Assembly (NCBI GenBank): GCA_016211095.1
Contig: JACQSW010000090.1
Location: 1-29,148, forward strand
Length of the DNA stretch: 29,148 nucleotides
Reading direction: 5' to 3'
Origin: Candidatus Woesearchaeota archaeon
GTDB taxonomy: Archaea > Nanobdellota > Nanobdellia > SCGC-AAA011-G17 > GW2011-AR17
Shown piece by piece: positions 28,748-29,148 of this stretch. The notes beneath the pieces were generated by a model. It did not search any database, was not told the DNA's origin, and saw only the letters and a program-made list of their open reading frames with translations. How positions within the stretch are numbered: the stretch's first letter is position 1; every line of letters starts with the position of its first letter. A program made the translations under genes and the position numbers.

Positions 28748-28851
28748 TTTGTTTTCTCCCTAATTTGTTACTATTTTATAGTAATTACTTATATTTAAAG
28801 TTTTCTACACCCAAAAAACAGCCCCAAAGAAGGTCCCCGCAGCCCTAAAAT

Positions 28852-29139
28852 TCAGTCTACAGTAAACAAGCTAGAATCATGATCAACGTCGAAAACGCCG
28901 AGCCTAGCCCCAGCATCCAGCCAGCCATGCGCGTAATTCAAGGCAGCAAAAGCGTTAACAACGTCCCCCTTAGCAGCAAAATGCTTAGCATCATCATAAT
29001 ACCTTTGGGCCATATCCAAGAAATCCTCGCCAACCTTACGAAAATCAACATTCTTCGGCTCAGCCAATTTAACCTTCTTCAAAGCCTTACCTGTAACGTC
29101 AAAATATTTCTTCAACTTCTCATCACTTATCTCTTTCAT
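28852..29139 (-). CDS. DUF357-family protein, 95 aa
   Basis: MAQRYYDDAKHF...GDVVNAFAALNYAHGWLDAGARLG. Start set to ATG 29139. Confidence 0.88.
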   Translation of the reverse strand: MKEISDEKLKKYFDVTGKALKKVKLAEPKNVDFRKVGEDFLDMAQRYYDDAKHFAAKGDVVNAFAALNYAHGWLDAGARLGVFDVDHDSSLFTVD

Positions 29140-29148
29140 AACAAACAC

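Noticed and set aside
23081-29148. Longer ORF-track starts for CoaD-HD (23081), RdgB (26223), HD (26687), the 28046 ORF and DUF357 (29148)
   Set aside because: The extensions cross promoters or neighbouring genes. Family N-termini and TATA spacing point to 23129, 26094, 26573, 28094 and 29139.

Overview
Archaeal genomic window. It is probably from a DPANN/Nanobdellota-type lineage (Woesearchaeota/Pacearchaeota-like); this is inferred from the split rpoB, archaeal S12/S7/NusA/L30e, DUF357 and a patchy, bacterial-type metabolic gene set. The centre holds the canonical RNA polymerase/ribosomal cluster on the minus strand (rpoH-rpoB''-rpoB'-rpoA'-rpoA''-L30e-nusA-S12-S7). RpoB'' carries a 501-aa LAGLIDADG intein. 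Directly upstream lie tRNA-Asp(GTC) and a tRNA-Lys(TTT) split by two introns. The flanks encode a P2A Ca2+-type ATPase, a full-length TolC-family protein, an HPF/RaiA-like protein, tandem ThyX, AK6, an orphan TldD, a CoaD-HD fusion, YggS, PyrH, a Ham1/RdgB pyrophosphatase, an HD protein, an FmdB zinc ribbon and DUF357. The most unusual items are: (i) a two-gene cassette encoding an HTH + degenerate phosphoesterase + coiled coil + intact phosphoesterase protein and a PD-(D/E)xK-like nuclease; (ii) TolC in an archaeon with no pump or adaptor in the window; (iii) a 121-nt four-way-junction RNA-like element with three UUCG-capped hairpins and a BHB-like motif at 35-155; (iv) a structured leader with competing stems before two putative cysteine hydrolases, one NTAN1/CheD-like. 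All family calls are by motif recognition, without database searches.
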